Positions 47,685 through 59,522 of a stretch of 64,000 nt of DNA are shown here, one piece after another. The stretch is from the NCBI GenBank assembly GCA_030704615.1, contig CM060731.1:84320001-84384000 (forward strand). Direction: 5' to 3'. This DNA is from Takakia lepidozioides. Its lineage: Eukaryota > Plantae > Bryophyta. Position 1 is the first letter of the stretch. Each line of letters opens with the position of its first letter. A program made the translations under genes and the position numbers. The notes below the pieces were generated by a model. That model did not search any database. It saw only the letters and a program-made list of their open reading frames with translations, and was not told the origin of the DNA.

Positions 47685-47975
47685 CTATTGTCGGTTGAGG
47701 TGTTGTGGTTTATGTGCCAGAATGGCTAGGTCGTTTGCATATGCTGCAGCTGAGATGTCACTTGAGGAGGTTTTGTAGTGATAGCCAAGCTTGCCTCGAG
47801 CTAGCCATCGAAGTAGGGGTTCTAGGAAGATAATGAATAGGTAGGGGCTTAAGGTGTCACCCTGGATAGTTCCACGAAGGATGGGGATAGGCGGGGTGAA
47901 GCCATAGTATGTGCCAAAGTATTCAATAGTGCTGTTTGTGTAGATGTTTCCTATTAGTTGGACGACATCCGGAAT
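47685..47975 (-). pseudogene. Non-LTR retrotransposon RT fragment
   Basis: RGTIQGDTLSPYLFIIFLEPLLRWL...AAYANDLAIL (QGDxLSP motif and a degenerate YADD). Confidence 0.8.
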
Positions 47976-50572
47976 GCTTTCAATGTGAAACAGAGAAAAG
48001 AAGCAGCACAACGAATGTGTTGTGGCTAGCGGATGTGGGCCATCAGCCTAACAACCCAATCAAATGAAGCCTACAAAATGGCCTTTGAAGGTCCCTCACT
48101 TCTTACCATCGGACAGTTGCAGGTGAAGGTGGCACTACCTAACATCCACTAGATGTACTAAAGAATCATTTTGATAGTGCTCATATCAATCTGCATGTGC
48201 TTTAACAACTGCAACCCAAGAATAGACATTTGGGGATGGTTTGGGTTTATTGGAGGGATGTCTAGAAGGTGTTGATGATTGCAGTTCAGATTTGATTTAA
48301 GGGGAATATAATTTTTGTACATGAAGTGTAATATAAACATGAGCTCCAGTACAAAGTCGAAATATTCGTTGTTAATATCCACTGTCACCTCCTCCACCTT
48401 CATCTTTGGCTCCTTCGAGAGTCTGATATGGAGGCTCCTACTTGTAGTCAGTACAGTGGCGGAAATCGCCTATAACTTACCTCTTTAACACCACGCAAAC
48501 ATACAACTGAAATGAATGTGGAAATTGGGTGGTGAGCTTGACCTCGGTTTAATTTATCACCTTTCTCATTTCTTTGCTAGCACTTAGTGGCATATCTATG
48601 GCTCTCATCTTGTCTCTGTAACAGGTTGCAGCTATTGTAAGGCAAAAACGGGTAACACGGGAAATGCGGGAGGATCCCCAGAGAGAAACACGGGAGACGA
48701 AGCACGTAGGGTTTTTGGGGGCTCAAGGATGCAATGAAATCGCCAATTTTTCATTCAAACATGGATTGAGTACTAGATGGATGACGGGTTGGCAGAGGGA
48801 TGAAATGTGAGAGAAGGATCGATTTATCATTGCTGGGATGAAATCGCGGAAAAAAAGGAGATGCAGCAGTAATTTAGGAACGGGGTGGCCATATTAAATA
48901 TTAGCGAGTAGCATGCAGCTAAAAGGGTGGTTGAGAAACAAAACACGTAGATATAGTATGTTTTTAGAAGTTGATGGGCCCATGGCACAGAGGGGGATAA
49001 GACCCAGTGGCCGTCATACTTGATGTCCAAAAGCTGTAGGATCTTAAATATTGTTGGTTTGCTATTAAATAATCACGTAAAGGAGGCGGCGGGATAAGGT
49101 GGAGTTAGGGATTAGCCCAAGTATAAGATTAGTGGAGACTGGATGGTCATCTCTCTCCTTTTGTTCTACTTTTCGGCTCTGAAGTAAAGTACTGAGTTCA
49201 CCGTGATGAAGTGTGGGGGCTTGTGAATCATTTAGATTTGAAGTAGGAATGTAGCAACTAACATTGAGGCGATGGTCATGTTTAGCTAGCATCAGAATGA
49301 GTGACAAGGATCATTGAGCATAGGATCCAGCATGCGAGTTGTATTCACGTAGAATGAAGCTTGAGCGATTCCACTAACATGCCGGGAAAATTAGAAATAG
49401 AGGTTGATTACGGGAAGTAGAGGGCAAGTCGTCCACCAGATTGCCTACATAACCATGTAAGATCGAGTTGTTAGCATTGAAGCAAAGCATGATCGCACCT
49501 GAAGCATGAAGTAAGCAGCACTACAGTGCCATATGCGAACAGTGAATGATGCAAATACAAAGGCAGAAGAAGTAAGGGGAAGGATCAAAGGAATGCGACC
49601 ACCTGCCTGGGATGATAGTTAAGAAAGACAGTTAGCATGTTACTTCAAAACAAGAAGTCAAATAATCCATTTAGACCAGGCTTTCTCTTCCGCTGTAGTC
49701 TGGGATAGATGAAGTACTAATGGGTTGTACTGGCATGGACATAGGACCCTTATTTTTACTTACACTGTAGGGAGTCCGAGAGTGGAAGAAAAAGTCTGCC
49801 TGCAAGGAAAGTGTCAGTCCTAAAAGGAATCTCACTCCACAAAGCTGCCAACTCGCTGCTTCTAAAATCCATGGATATTGTTTATTGGCTCCTCCCTTCG
49901 AGAGGGAATCCATGCATTGGTCTTTATCCTGATGTACCTTCACCAGTAAATACCTACCTATCTACCGGAGGAGCTGCCTATCCGGCGAAAGTACAGTGTG
50001 CATTACGTTCCTACATTATTCCTATTGTTTTTTCCTGATAAGTTTCTGTCATTTTTCAGCTTCATGCTACTACCCCCACGCATCACACGACTCATGCTCG
50101 TGCCTGCGAAAGTAGCCCTTCAGTTTTGCACGCCATTGCTGCCACACCACTTGTTCCTCTCCAGACTTAAAAGCATCCTCCACTCCTGCCTGCCTTTCCT
50201 TCTGATGATCCTCTCTCTCACATCAGAAGAAAGGGAATACCAATGAACTGCTAATGAACTGCAAGCAGCTATATTGCAAACTAATGGTGCCTTTGTCCAA
50301 TATCATCAATGCACAATTGAATGGACATCCCAAAACTGGATTATGCTTCTTTTATCACTTTATTGCAAAGGCAGCAAGAGCTCTTACAGACCAGCATATA
50401 ACTGCTAAGAAAACACATCAACCTTTATATGAAAGCCACAAACTCTACTTTGACCAGTCACTTTTCCGTTACATACAACTTCAACTTCCATCACCTCAAC
50501 ACCTAATTAATTATTCAGTTTATAGATTTAATTAAAAGGAAAAACAAGAGGTTAAGAGAAGTAGGAGTGATG

Positions 50573-53500
50573 TTAGGTCGGAGGAGGCTCAGGCTCATAA
50601 AAGCCAGCCACCATGGCAACCACAATCCAAAGCATCAAAAGACCCACAATAACCAACCGTAGCATACTTGTATATGACTGAAATGCAGTCAATCTCTCTC
50701 CATATCCACTTTCTGCCCTAACTCTGTGCTCCTCCTCCATATCATAATGCTCCAACTCAGCCCTGTGTGCCAGGAGTCTGTTGTATCCCCCTTCTGGCCC
50801 GCCCATCTCACTACAAATCAGACATTTACAGCTTCCACCCAGGTATGATGGGATGCTTCCCACGCCGCCAAGATGCTTGGCCAGCACTCCCATGTAATGC
50901 TCCCCCTCTACATGCACCTTCTCCTTTGTCTTAGGCTTCACAACCTGCTCCACCCACATCCAAAGCCGGATTACTCACACCCCCACCTTTCCCATATTCC
51001 TTATCCACTAGCACATAAATACTGCAGCTTTATGTCTGGACAGAGATACAGAAAAAGGAATGATGGAACAGAATGGACAAGCAAGGGGAGGCTTCTATGC
51101 TGGGGAATCAAACCTTGAATGCATGTTTTTCTGGGTCAACCTGAACATACTGCGACAGTGCTCGGAAAAGAAGCGTGTACACTCGGGAAGAAGTCTATGT
51201 CCCCTCACAGAAAATAAAGCCTGACAGTCAAACAAATGCATATTTCTTGAGAGCAGAGGTAGGCACCACTTCTCTAGACATGTTTTGGCCTATCTGGATA
51301 ACCTCCTTCAGAATTAACATCTCCCAAGCTTAAAATTTTAAATTTTAATGTGGTGAGACAGGACCTTGGACCAACTAGCAGATCAAGCTACCATGGTAAA
51401 AAATCTACCATGCCCTTACTCTCAAGAGGAAATGCAAGCTGAACAGATGAACTTGACTTGTTAGTAAGGGAAGTGCAAGAGTAACACCTGCATTACAGCC
51501 TGTGCAATCACATGCACAACTGGTGGAAGGTTGATAACAAAGAGAGCCGCGAGGCGTGTTGGGTAGTTTTCCTGGACCAGCACTGTACAAGACTTCATCA
51601 TCTGCACAGGGAAGCCGATGGCTGATGTGCCCTGGCAATCCATCACTACCATCAGGCGTGCATCCTCCTCATTCACCAGGTTCACTACCCCATACTCCAC
51701 CTGTGACACTGCACCCTTTCCATTCATTTTCGCACACTGATTGAAGCGTGTCCACATGCTGGAAAAAATTCTAGTGCTGTGATGGGACGCCGTCACACAG
51801 CATGCCATTGCTCTACAAAGGGTTGTTGTCAAATGTTCAATATTTTGTATGTGCAATGGCTCTTTTCAAGCAGTGCATTCAGAATTCTTGCCAGAAAGTA
51901 ACTTATCATGGATCTACCTTATTCAAACATTCACCCAACAATTCCAACCGAGGAAGGTCACAGCTTTTGGCTCTACTCTGAAACTGAGCGAAAGAGAGAT
52001 AATATCTATCTTCTTTCCTTTGTATCAACAGCGTCCTTCTCATTAGACTCTGTTTGTCATTGCCATGTTTGTCTTGCTTGAGGGGGAGAGAGAGCTCATT
52101 TATCACTCCCTGTGAACTTTACCCTGGCTGGATACAAGCCTGTGGGTGCTGGTTGTAGAATGTAGCTGGCCATGAATCTGACAGAGTAGGGGATAGAGAT
52201 TGAGCTATTTGAAAAGAACATACCAACAGCTTGTGCAAATCGAGGGCGATCAGCAGCATCAAGGGTGCAGTAGGCAAGGCCGAGACGAATGACAATTGTT
52301 GGCCGCCGCTGTGCATCCCGGTGGTGCCAAAATACAAAGTGCTCCCAGCGCTGCAGCTCAGATTGAGGGAGGAGGTAGTAGGTCGTGCGCCATCGAACTG
52401 TTTTCCTCATTCCTGCCACAAACTTTGGCACATCCCCATTTGCTGCTACCAGAAACCTCTCCAGCTCATCATCATTGATCCTGCCCATGCACAGACCACC
52501 CTTGTTGCTATCCTGCCCACCTTCTGCTCCTCATTTGCCTGGTATTTGAACGTAACAAAAGACTAGAAGATTCCACCTAAAAAATATGCCAAAATCTTGT
52601 CTTTCTCTGCACCCCTTATTGCCTTGGGAAGCAATTCCTTACCTTTCTGGTAGAGCAATGCCTTCCTTACCCAACTCCCCCTTTAAGAGACACAAAGTGT
52701 GGGCTCTCTGATTGTTGACGGGTGTTTCTCCTTCACTCCCTTCATTGTTTGACCTGTTCATAGCAATAGGCTCTGATGGAGAAAGGATGTGTGATAGGAC
52801 CACTGCTTTGTCCTCTTGAGCCTCCTCGACAGCAGTTGTAACAGCTGTTGCCAGTGACAGAAACATCATGGGCTTCGAGAAACTCTGCCACAGGATAGCA
52901 AGAAAAATATTGTAGCCCAAATATGGTGCTCAAACAAGTGAAATAAATGTGCTTTGACTGAGTTATCGCATTTCTTAGAGACCTGTATCCACTTTTGTAC
53001 TGAGGGCTGTTGAGCAGCAGTTGTTTACACTGCAATTTCTCCTCTTAATGTCACAAAGCAGGATTTGAAACAAGATGGGTGTGGCCAGAGCAAATCACTA
53101 TCCTTATCTGTTACCAGCATGATATTCAATGTACACACCCCCAAATGCTAGGGGGCCTTCACCTTAACAGGTTATGATCCCTTGCCTAAGATCCGGTCTG
53201 CAAATATATTGCACCAATTTCCCAGTATAGTTTAGCATTTATAACCAAGATTGTGCTGCATTTGCTGATGTGCAGCCCAAATTAGAGCAGACCAGGTGAC
53301 TCTGAAACATATAAGTATGATCTTTAAGACAGTTGTGTGCGTGACAGCCTAGAATTGTACTGATGAGACGTCCTGAGGGCGTGCTGGCTTCAGAGTAAGT
53401 GCGAAGACACTGCACCTGAGTACTCTGGGCTAGTTGTCGGAAGGGAGACCAGCGTTGCAGCCAGCTGAAAGGTGGAGCTTGGAACACAGAAAGGCCTTGC

Positions 53501-53745
53501 AAGCCCCACCAGATAGGTCGGCATTTGGCCTGTGATCCCCTCCGGATGGCCTCCAAGGCCGCCAGTTTCACTAAGAAAACCAACAACTGGCCTGCTGCAT
53601 CCAGCAGTCCTCCTCGTCTCAAAGCAACAATTGGCGCCACTGATCTCTGCAGCACAGCTTTAGGCAATGACACCTTGGCCGCTTGCATCCTTCTCTCGGG
53701 CAATTTATCCTCTCCCCCTTTAACCTGCTCAACCTTGCTACACAT
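50573..53745 (-). CDS. CRAL-TRIO/Sec14-like lipid-binding protein with C-terminal transmembrane anchor (~473 aa)
   Basis: Exons 53416-53745, 52643-52884, 52224-52480, 51488-51708 and 50573-50944 join in phase through GT-AG introns. Motifs DDELERFLVA, RDAQRRPTIVIRLG, QENYPTRL...INLP, IPSYLGG; hydrophobic tail LVIVGLLMLWIVVAMVAGF. The start codon is uncertain. Confidence 0.9.
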
Positions 53746-54716
53746 GTTTTCGTACTTGGGCGCACGAGACCTCTACCTACTTCACATGCCTTGTTGCATG
53801 TTCCACTTGCAGCTTCCTTGTTGGTCGTTCCAGCATGTTCGCATGTCTAAGTCGGACATTCCAATTCTCAATTTCCATGTAGTAATTTCGTCAGCAGGCT
53901 TGAACCTGTGGACATTCATTCTTCATGTGTGGGGAATCCCTCACTTGCCTTCCTATTGCATTTCTTGAGAGTGACAGTGGGACGCAATCGAGCGCTTGAC
54001 AATTGCCCCCATTAGCACAGGCAATCGCCTCCACTTGTCCACCTTAACAAGTACAAGCACTCCCCCAACTCCTTGCCTGCATCCATTCTACAGCCGGTAG
54101 GTGCTTGGATGGTAATATTGCCAATTCCTCACTCATAGTAAATATGGGCCACGATCAAACCAACCAGTTGCAGATAATCCTCGTGCAAATTTTCAAAGGA
54201 GACATCCTTAGAGCAAATTGATCTTCGCATCGCGGCTCAGTGCTTTAAGCAATCACACACACGATTATAATCAAGCGGCCTCTTGAAACCATCTACCTAT
54301 TCAGGTCCAACTCTCTCAATCAACACTCACCTGTGCAGCAGTCCAACACGAAGCTCGCCCTGCCCATTCCCACGCGCACAAGAGGCAGGCAAGCCAAACG
54401 TTGACCCGACCAGCCTTTGTGCTTCCAGAGTCTAGGCCCAAAGCCTAATATCACACGCAACAGTCACGTAGCAGTCGAGAGCAGCTTGCTCACCGCATAG
54501 CCGCCTTCTGATTGGCCCTGAGGAGCCCTGCTGCAGGCCACCAGTATTCGCAGACCCCATCTGCTTAAGTATCCTGCGCGATGTAGACTACGGGAAATCG
54601 ATATGGGACAATGCAGGACCAATGCGATTATGAGCTACGACCTACCAACCATACGTACACAGCCAAATATAGACAAGCGGGAAACAAGCTGAGCGAAACA
54701 CAAAACTAGTGCAAGA

Positions 54717-54725
54717 AAACCCTAA
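54717..54725. promoter_or_regulatory. Telo-box (AAACCCTAA) in the probable promoter of the CRAL-TRIO gene
   Basis: Exact motif upstream of the gene; a TGGGCC site-II-like motif lies near 54916. Confidence 0.4.
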
Positions 54726-54729
54726 AAGT

Positions 54730-54838
54730 TTATTAGGTAGGTTGAAAGTGGGTAGGTCGGTAGCGGCTTGCAAGCTGCCCTCTATTGCTACGGCTTGCAA
54801 GCCGCTACCGACCCACCCACTTTCAACCTACCTAATAA
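54730..54838. repeat. Inverted repeat, 46-bp arms with 1 mismatch and a 17-bp spacer
   Basis: TTATTAGGTAGGTTGAAAGTGGGTAGGTCGGTAGCGGCTTGCAAGC (54730-54775) and its reverse complement (54793-54838). Confidence 0.9.
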
Positions 54839-55052
54839 CGGCTCAGTATATACGGAGCCCCTACTATTAACAGTAGCAGGGCTCCTCGCAGCCACTATCT
54901 AGTTCCTAGCCGGGCTGGGCCCAAGATTCATTCAAGAAACAAGAAACAAGCGGCTAGTCGCGTAATGGCTCCACCCTAGAAGTCTAAGTAGAAAATTTCC
55001 TTAAAATGTTTTTATTGAAATAAGGTAAGCACATATTCAAACTATATTTTAA

Positions 55053-55907
55053 CCCTTAAGCGACGACCACCGTTTTGGTGGCCAGCCCAAAAATGGTACA
55101 TAGTGGTATAGACGAAGGCATAACTTCCTACCCTGAATCATCGAGGCAAACTAACCTGACAAAAAAGCCCCTCCCTTCTACATCCATATGCCCCAGAATT
55201 TTCACAAACTTCCAACGTTGCAATTAGCAGATTATAATAAACATGATTGTAGTTTTTCCACTTGGATTCCAATTTTATCAAAAAAAAACCTTTGACCAAA
55301 CTGGACCTCTAGGTTTTAGATTTTTCTTGTGTGAATGCTTTGCATATTCAGATTCCTGGGCACCCACAAATCTTAGTGGTCAAATCTCAGCCCCATCTGC
55401 CCAAAATTTATATGGGGTCTTTTGTATGTGGAATTTGGGGGGTGAAATTGCATTCCAACTACATGCAGGAACATTTCTGACCCATGGGGTTATTTTGTCC
55501 TCATCACAAATTCCTACTGTCATCTTCTGCTCTACAATAATGCCCATAGAGTGGGCAAGAAATTTTTGGTTTCTGATAAATTTACCACCTCAGCTGATCT
55601 CCAGGGATTTTTTGCTGTTGCATCCCAACTCCGGCTATTGTAGCCGGAGCAGGTAACACATTCCGGCATGGTAGCCCACGCCCGTCAGCGGGTCAACGCC
55701 CCTGGCCCATTCTGGGCCAAGCGTTTCAAGCTCCCCTCGCCACTTGGAAATTCGTACAGGGCGGTATACTTACCCGTTTTGCCGGGCAGAGAACTGAATG
55801 CGCCACATTTTTGTTCAGGGATGAACTCCATCGGATGTCATCCGAGGAAGTTACGGTCTGGATGAAAAATGACGCGACCCGAAACGGGTCGCGTCGTTGT
55901 TTAAGGG
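55053..55907. mobile_element. Non-autonomous piggyBac-like element (855 bp)
   Basis: TTAA on both sides (55049-55052, 55908-55911); TIR CCCTTAAGCGACGAC / GTCGTTGTTTAAGGG; no transposase. Confidence 0.7.
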
Positions 55908-55937
55908 TTAAACATGTTCTGCATAAGAAGGAAAAAT

Positions 55938-56880
55938 ATTTATTTATTTATTTATAAAGCCGAGGACAGGGGCCTTGGCAGAACTTTATTGATGTATGAT
56001 ATTACGTACAAAACTGATCTTAGCGGAAATGGAGACGCGAGGCCATCGAAGAGTGCTCAATGTGTTTCCAATTAACGTCTTGCTCAAATTCCGGTGAGGC
56101 GGTGGATGGAGGCCCTGAGGTTTCTCCAACGTTCAGGGGGGAGCTTATTCCAGATGGATTGGTCTTGCGCAGGGCTGTGGCATATGACACTTTTTGATCC
56201 AAGCTTTCCTACATTCTATCTACAAATCCTGATAAACGAGATTGTGGAGCTGGAAGTTGAGCATGGACCCCCCCCCCCCCCCCCCCCCGAAAACGTCTTG
56301 TGCATCTAGCTCACCATAGGTACCACAGAATTGCACTCCGGAGGGTTTTGAAAACAGGGCAAGAGAAGGATTTATGTTTTGAGGTCCCATCATAGTTGAG
56401 GAGTAATTCCAACAGGGAGGGATTTTTGGGTTCTCAGTTTTGGTAAAAAACCTTGACCCAAAGGCCATATATTGGCTAGAGCGTGATAGTATAATAGACA
56501 GTGTTCCAAGGATTCTATAATGCCCGAGGAGCAGCAGGAACATAGCATATCATCTTGGAACTATAGCCATTCCCCCACCTTAAGCACTCTATTAGCTATT
56601 TGCCAAAGGAAGGTGGAGATTTTTGCAAGCCGGCTTTTGATCCATATGGAGGCCCATATAGCAGTCCAGTTCTTATCTGAAAGTCGTAATGCTCCCATTT
56701 ATCATTCCATTATTTTTGCATTGGCTGGGTGTTGTTGAGAGCCATATATGCCTTTTTAGTAGTGTATGCAAGGAATGGATTTGGGGATCGTGAAAAAACC
56801 CATGTTCATTCTTTGGGATCGAGGTTGAGTTCTGCTCTTAAGGGTGATCTGCCATATATCCAAAGAAGGTATTAGATCGT
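55938..56880 (-). mobile_element. 3' fragment of an L1-type LINE (zf-RVT region) with a (TAAA)n tail
   Basis: The minus frame reads KISTFLWQIANRVLKVGEWL*...CSCCSSGIIESLEHCL; TAAA repeats at 55938-55955. Confidence 0.7.
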
Positions 56881-57264
56881 AGTCAAGTAAGAAGAGGCAT
56901 AGTGAGAGACGGTTGAGGGGGTATGTAACTATTTCTGAAACTCATTGGACCTCTTCACTCCCTCCCTTGCAAACTCACAATAAAAAAATCTTTTCCATGT
57001 TGCACTCTTCCATGTCTCGACATAATGTTTGTACCGAGTCCACAAGTGTCAAAAGTTCTCTATATTGGATGTTGTGCTCATCCAGACTTTCTTGCAGACT
57101 TTGAATCACCTTCTTCTGATCCAACTGTGCATTGCAAAAAACCACAAATAAGAAGATGGACAATAATAACAGAACCTCCAAAGAAAACAAAACAAAATCA
57201 AAGATGAGGTTGGAAGATCATTCACCTAGCTCCAGAATGTTGCCTTGTGCAACCATTGTTCCAT

Positions 57265-57737
57265 CACTGCATCACTGAACTGCCCAAAAGGAAAGTGGTT
57301 GGTCTACATGTTACTGTGATATAATACTTTCACTAGAATTGACTACATATTTTATTACACATTACCTTGGGAAGTGAGATATGTTATTATCAGTAGTTAA
57401 ATTCTTTACTACGTTTAGTTCATTAGAAGGAAAGTTTCACTAAAAAACAGTAGTTTATTTGAACCTCAACTGATTGTTGGTGTGGTTATAGTGTAGATAT
57501 TTCACTATACCGACTTGAAGAGAAGTATACTACTGCAACTACAAATTTCAAATTTCACTAAGTTTAGTTCATTAGTGCGATAGTTTCATTAGAAATCAGT
57601 TATATCCCAGGAAAATATTTAGTGAAATATTTTTCACTGTATTATATGTAGTGAAATGTGCAACTGCAACAAGCTTTATTAGTTACAAATTTTTCACTCA
57701 ATGGTGAATTTCACAACTAAAGGTTCACTGCATAGTG
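57265..57737. mobile_element. Possible AT-rich CACTA-derived MITE
   Basis: The right end reads CACTATGCAGTGAAC on the minus strand, with many internal TTTCACTA/TAGTGAAA motifs. The left end matches only loosely. Confidence 0.4.
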
Positions 57738-57849
57738 AGCTTCTCACCATATTTTCTTTTCTTTGGCCAAGAGTCGGATTTGCCTGCAGCCATTCCTAGA
57801 GACGCTGCTCCAGTCCCCAACCTTGACGATCCAGACGTGTGGGCACATG

Positions 57850-58110
57850 CTTGTGATTAACGTGCGGAGTTGTTTCAAAAAATCATGCATATGGCTTTCG
57901 AGAACCTTTCCATTGCACAACACCACGATACGTTGAGGTATGTCACTATACGTCATAGAGGCTATCGTCCCGAGGTTCGGAGGTTTCACCCTGGTAACTA
58001 TGTTTATCTGCAGCAGACTGCTCCTACGACCCTGGATGTTACTGCGTGACATATTATTCTGAGGGTCTGAGAGGTGATGTCCTCAAGAGTCCCTTAGAAG
58101 GTCGGGATGG
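57850..58110 (+). pseudogene. Gypsy integrase C-terminal fragment (different family)
   Basis: MAFENLSIAQHHDTLRYVTIRHRGYRPEVRRFHPGNYVYLQQTAPTTLDV...ILRV...LEGRDG. Confidence 0.65.
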
Positions 58111-58159
58111 CATGACTTCCTGGTGGGGATTGGTCGTGTTCACGTTGCATTCGACAGTG

Positions 58160-59372
58160 GTAATGGATACAATTATGGAAGGCTAACAAGAAACACAAGA
58201 CCAAGCTACTATCTTGAGACCAATACACGAGATCTCTAGCTCAAGTTCACGGATTGCAAGATGACGACTAACAATGGGGCTACTCTTGTACCCGACCTCT
58301 TGATCTATCGAGTTTGAGTATAATAGAAACAGTGGTAGAGGACCTAGCGAGGCTGTGGCCATTACTACTACCTGGAGCGGAGTTAGAGGGACCCGTCGAG
58401 CGGCTTTTATTCACCATCCATTTGCTATCCGAGGAGGGAACTCCAAGATAGAAGAGTTGGATATCTCTAAGCACTCAGCCCGCTTAGAACAATCAGTCAT
58501 GACCTACATCTAGTGTATCATGGTAATGCTTCTTGTTTGTATTCATTCTTGCCTTCATATCAGCAATCTACCAAGTTCTGATTGCTCAACCATTCATTCC
58601 ACAGCTTCACTCAGTTCTCTCTACACAATGTGGGAAAGGTATGTGTATCTTATTAATCTCTGTTCAATACCAGACTGTAGCCATAGTGTCTCTAATTTGT
58701 TCTAAAGTACGATTCTACAGCTTGCATGATTCAAGCATCGATCAAATCTCTCTCCATCCTTGGTTCCGTTCCTCTTCTCCGCCTGATCTCCTTTTACTCC
58801 TGATCAAGAAGTGCTCCCCGGAAAGTGATCTCTCCCCCATTGCTGCTCTGCCTCATCTACATGCAAACTGTTCTAACCGCCTAACTAACTAACTGTCACC
58901 CCAAGAAATAACACGTTCCCCCTGCAGATGTCGTTCCCACACAGTCATTCTCTGCCAATGATAACCGTTCCCTATGTACACTGTGACGGCCTATGCTAAG
59001 CTGTGTCAGGCTGTGACTATGCCGAGCTGTGACTGGCTGTGTAAAGCTGTGTCGGGCTGTGTCGTGCTGTGATTGGCTGTGCAGCTGTGTCGTGCTGTGA
59101 CAAGTTGTGATAGACTGTGACTAACTGTGATAGGCTGTGATTGACTGTGACAGACTGTGTAAGGCTGTGTCGTGCTGTGACAAGCTGTGATAGACTGTGA
59201 TAGGCTGTGATTGACTGTCTACCACCCCTAAAGCCTGTGTTGTCACCCCTAAGGCCTTTGTTGGTCTAAGTCTACCATCTGTAAGTCTGCGCAAAATTAA
59301 GGGTATCCCACAGAGCCCATAAAAGTGTCTAAGTCCCAGACAGCCCTCTAACATTACCCCTCCCCCTCTCAA
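58160..59372 (-). mobile_element. 3' LTR and PPT of another Gypsy-like element; left boundary uncertain
   Basis: Minus strand TGAGGACATGGCTTTTTGAGAGGGGGAGGGGTAA|TGTTAG gives a PPT and an LTR start at 59353. Confidence 0.65.
58980..59220. repeat. Degenerate 10-bp-period minisatellite (CTGTG core) inside the LTR
   Basis: CTGTGA/CTGTGT recurs about every 10 nt. Confidence 0.85.
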
Positions 59373-59522
59373 AAAGCCATGTCCTCACGGTTTACTGTTT
59401 AGGATCAGCAAACCGTTGTGAGCGAGCACCCTTCTGACGGTGAGAATCCTTTGGAGGGCTCTGTGTGCGAGCCCGAGTCTGTCACTGGCTGATGAAGACG
59501 ATTGAGTACCAAACGGAAATGC

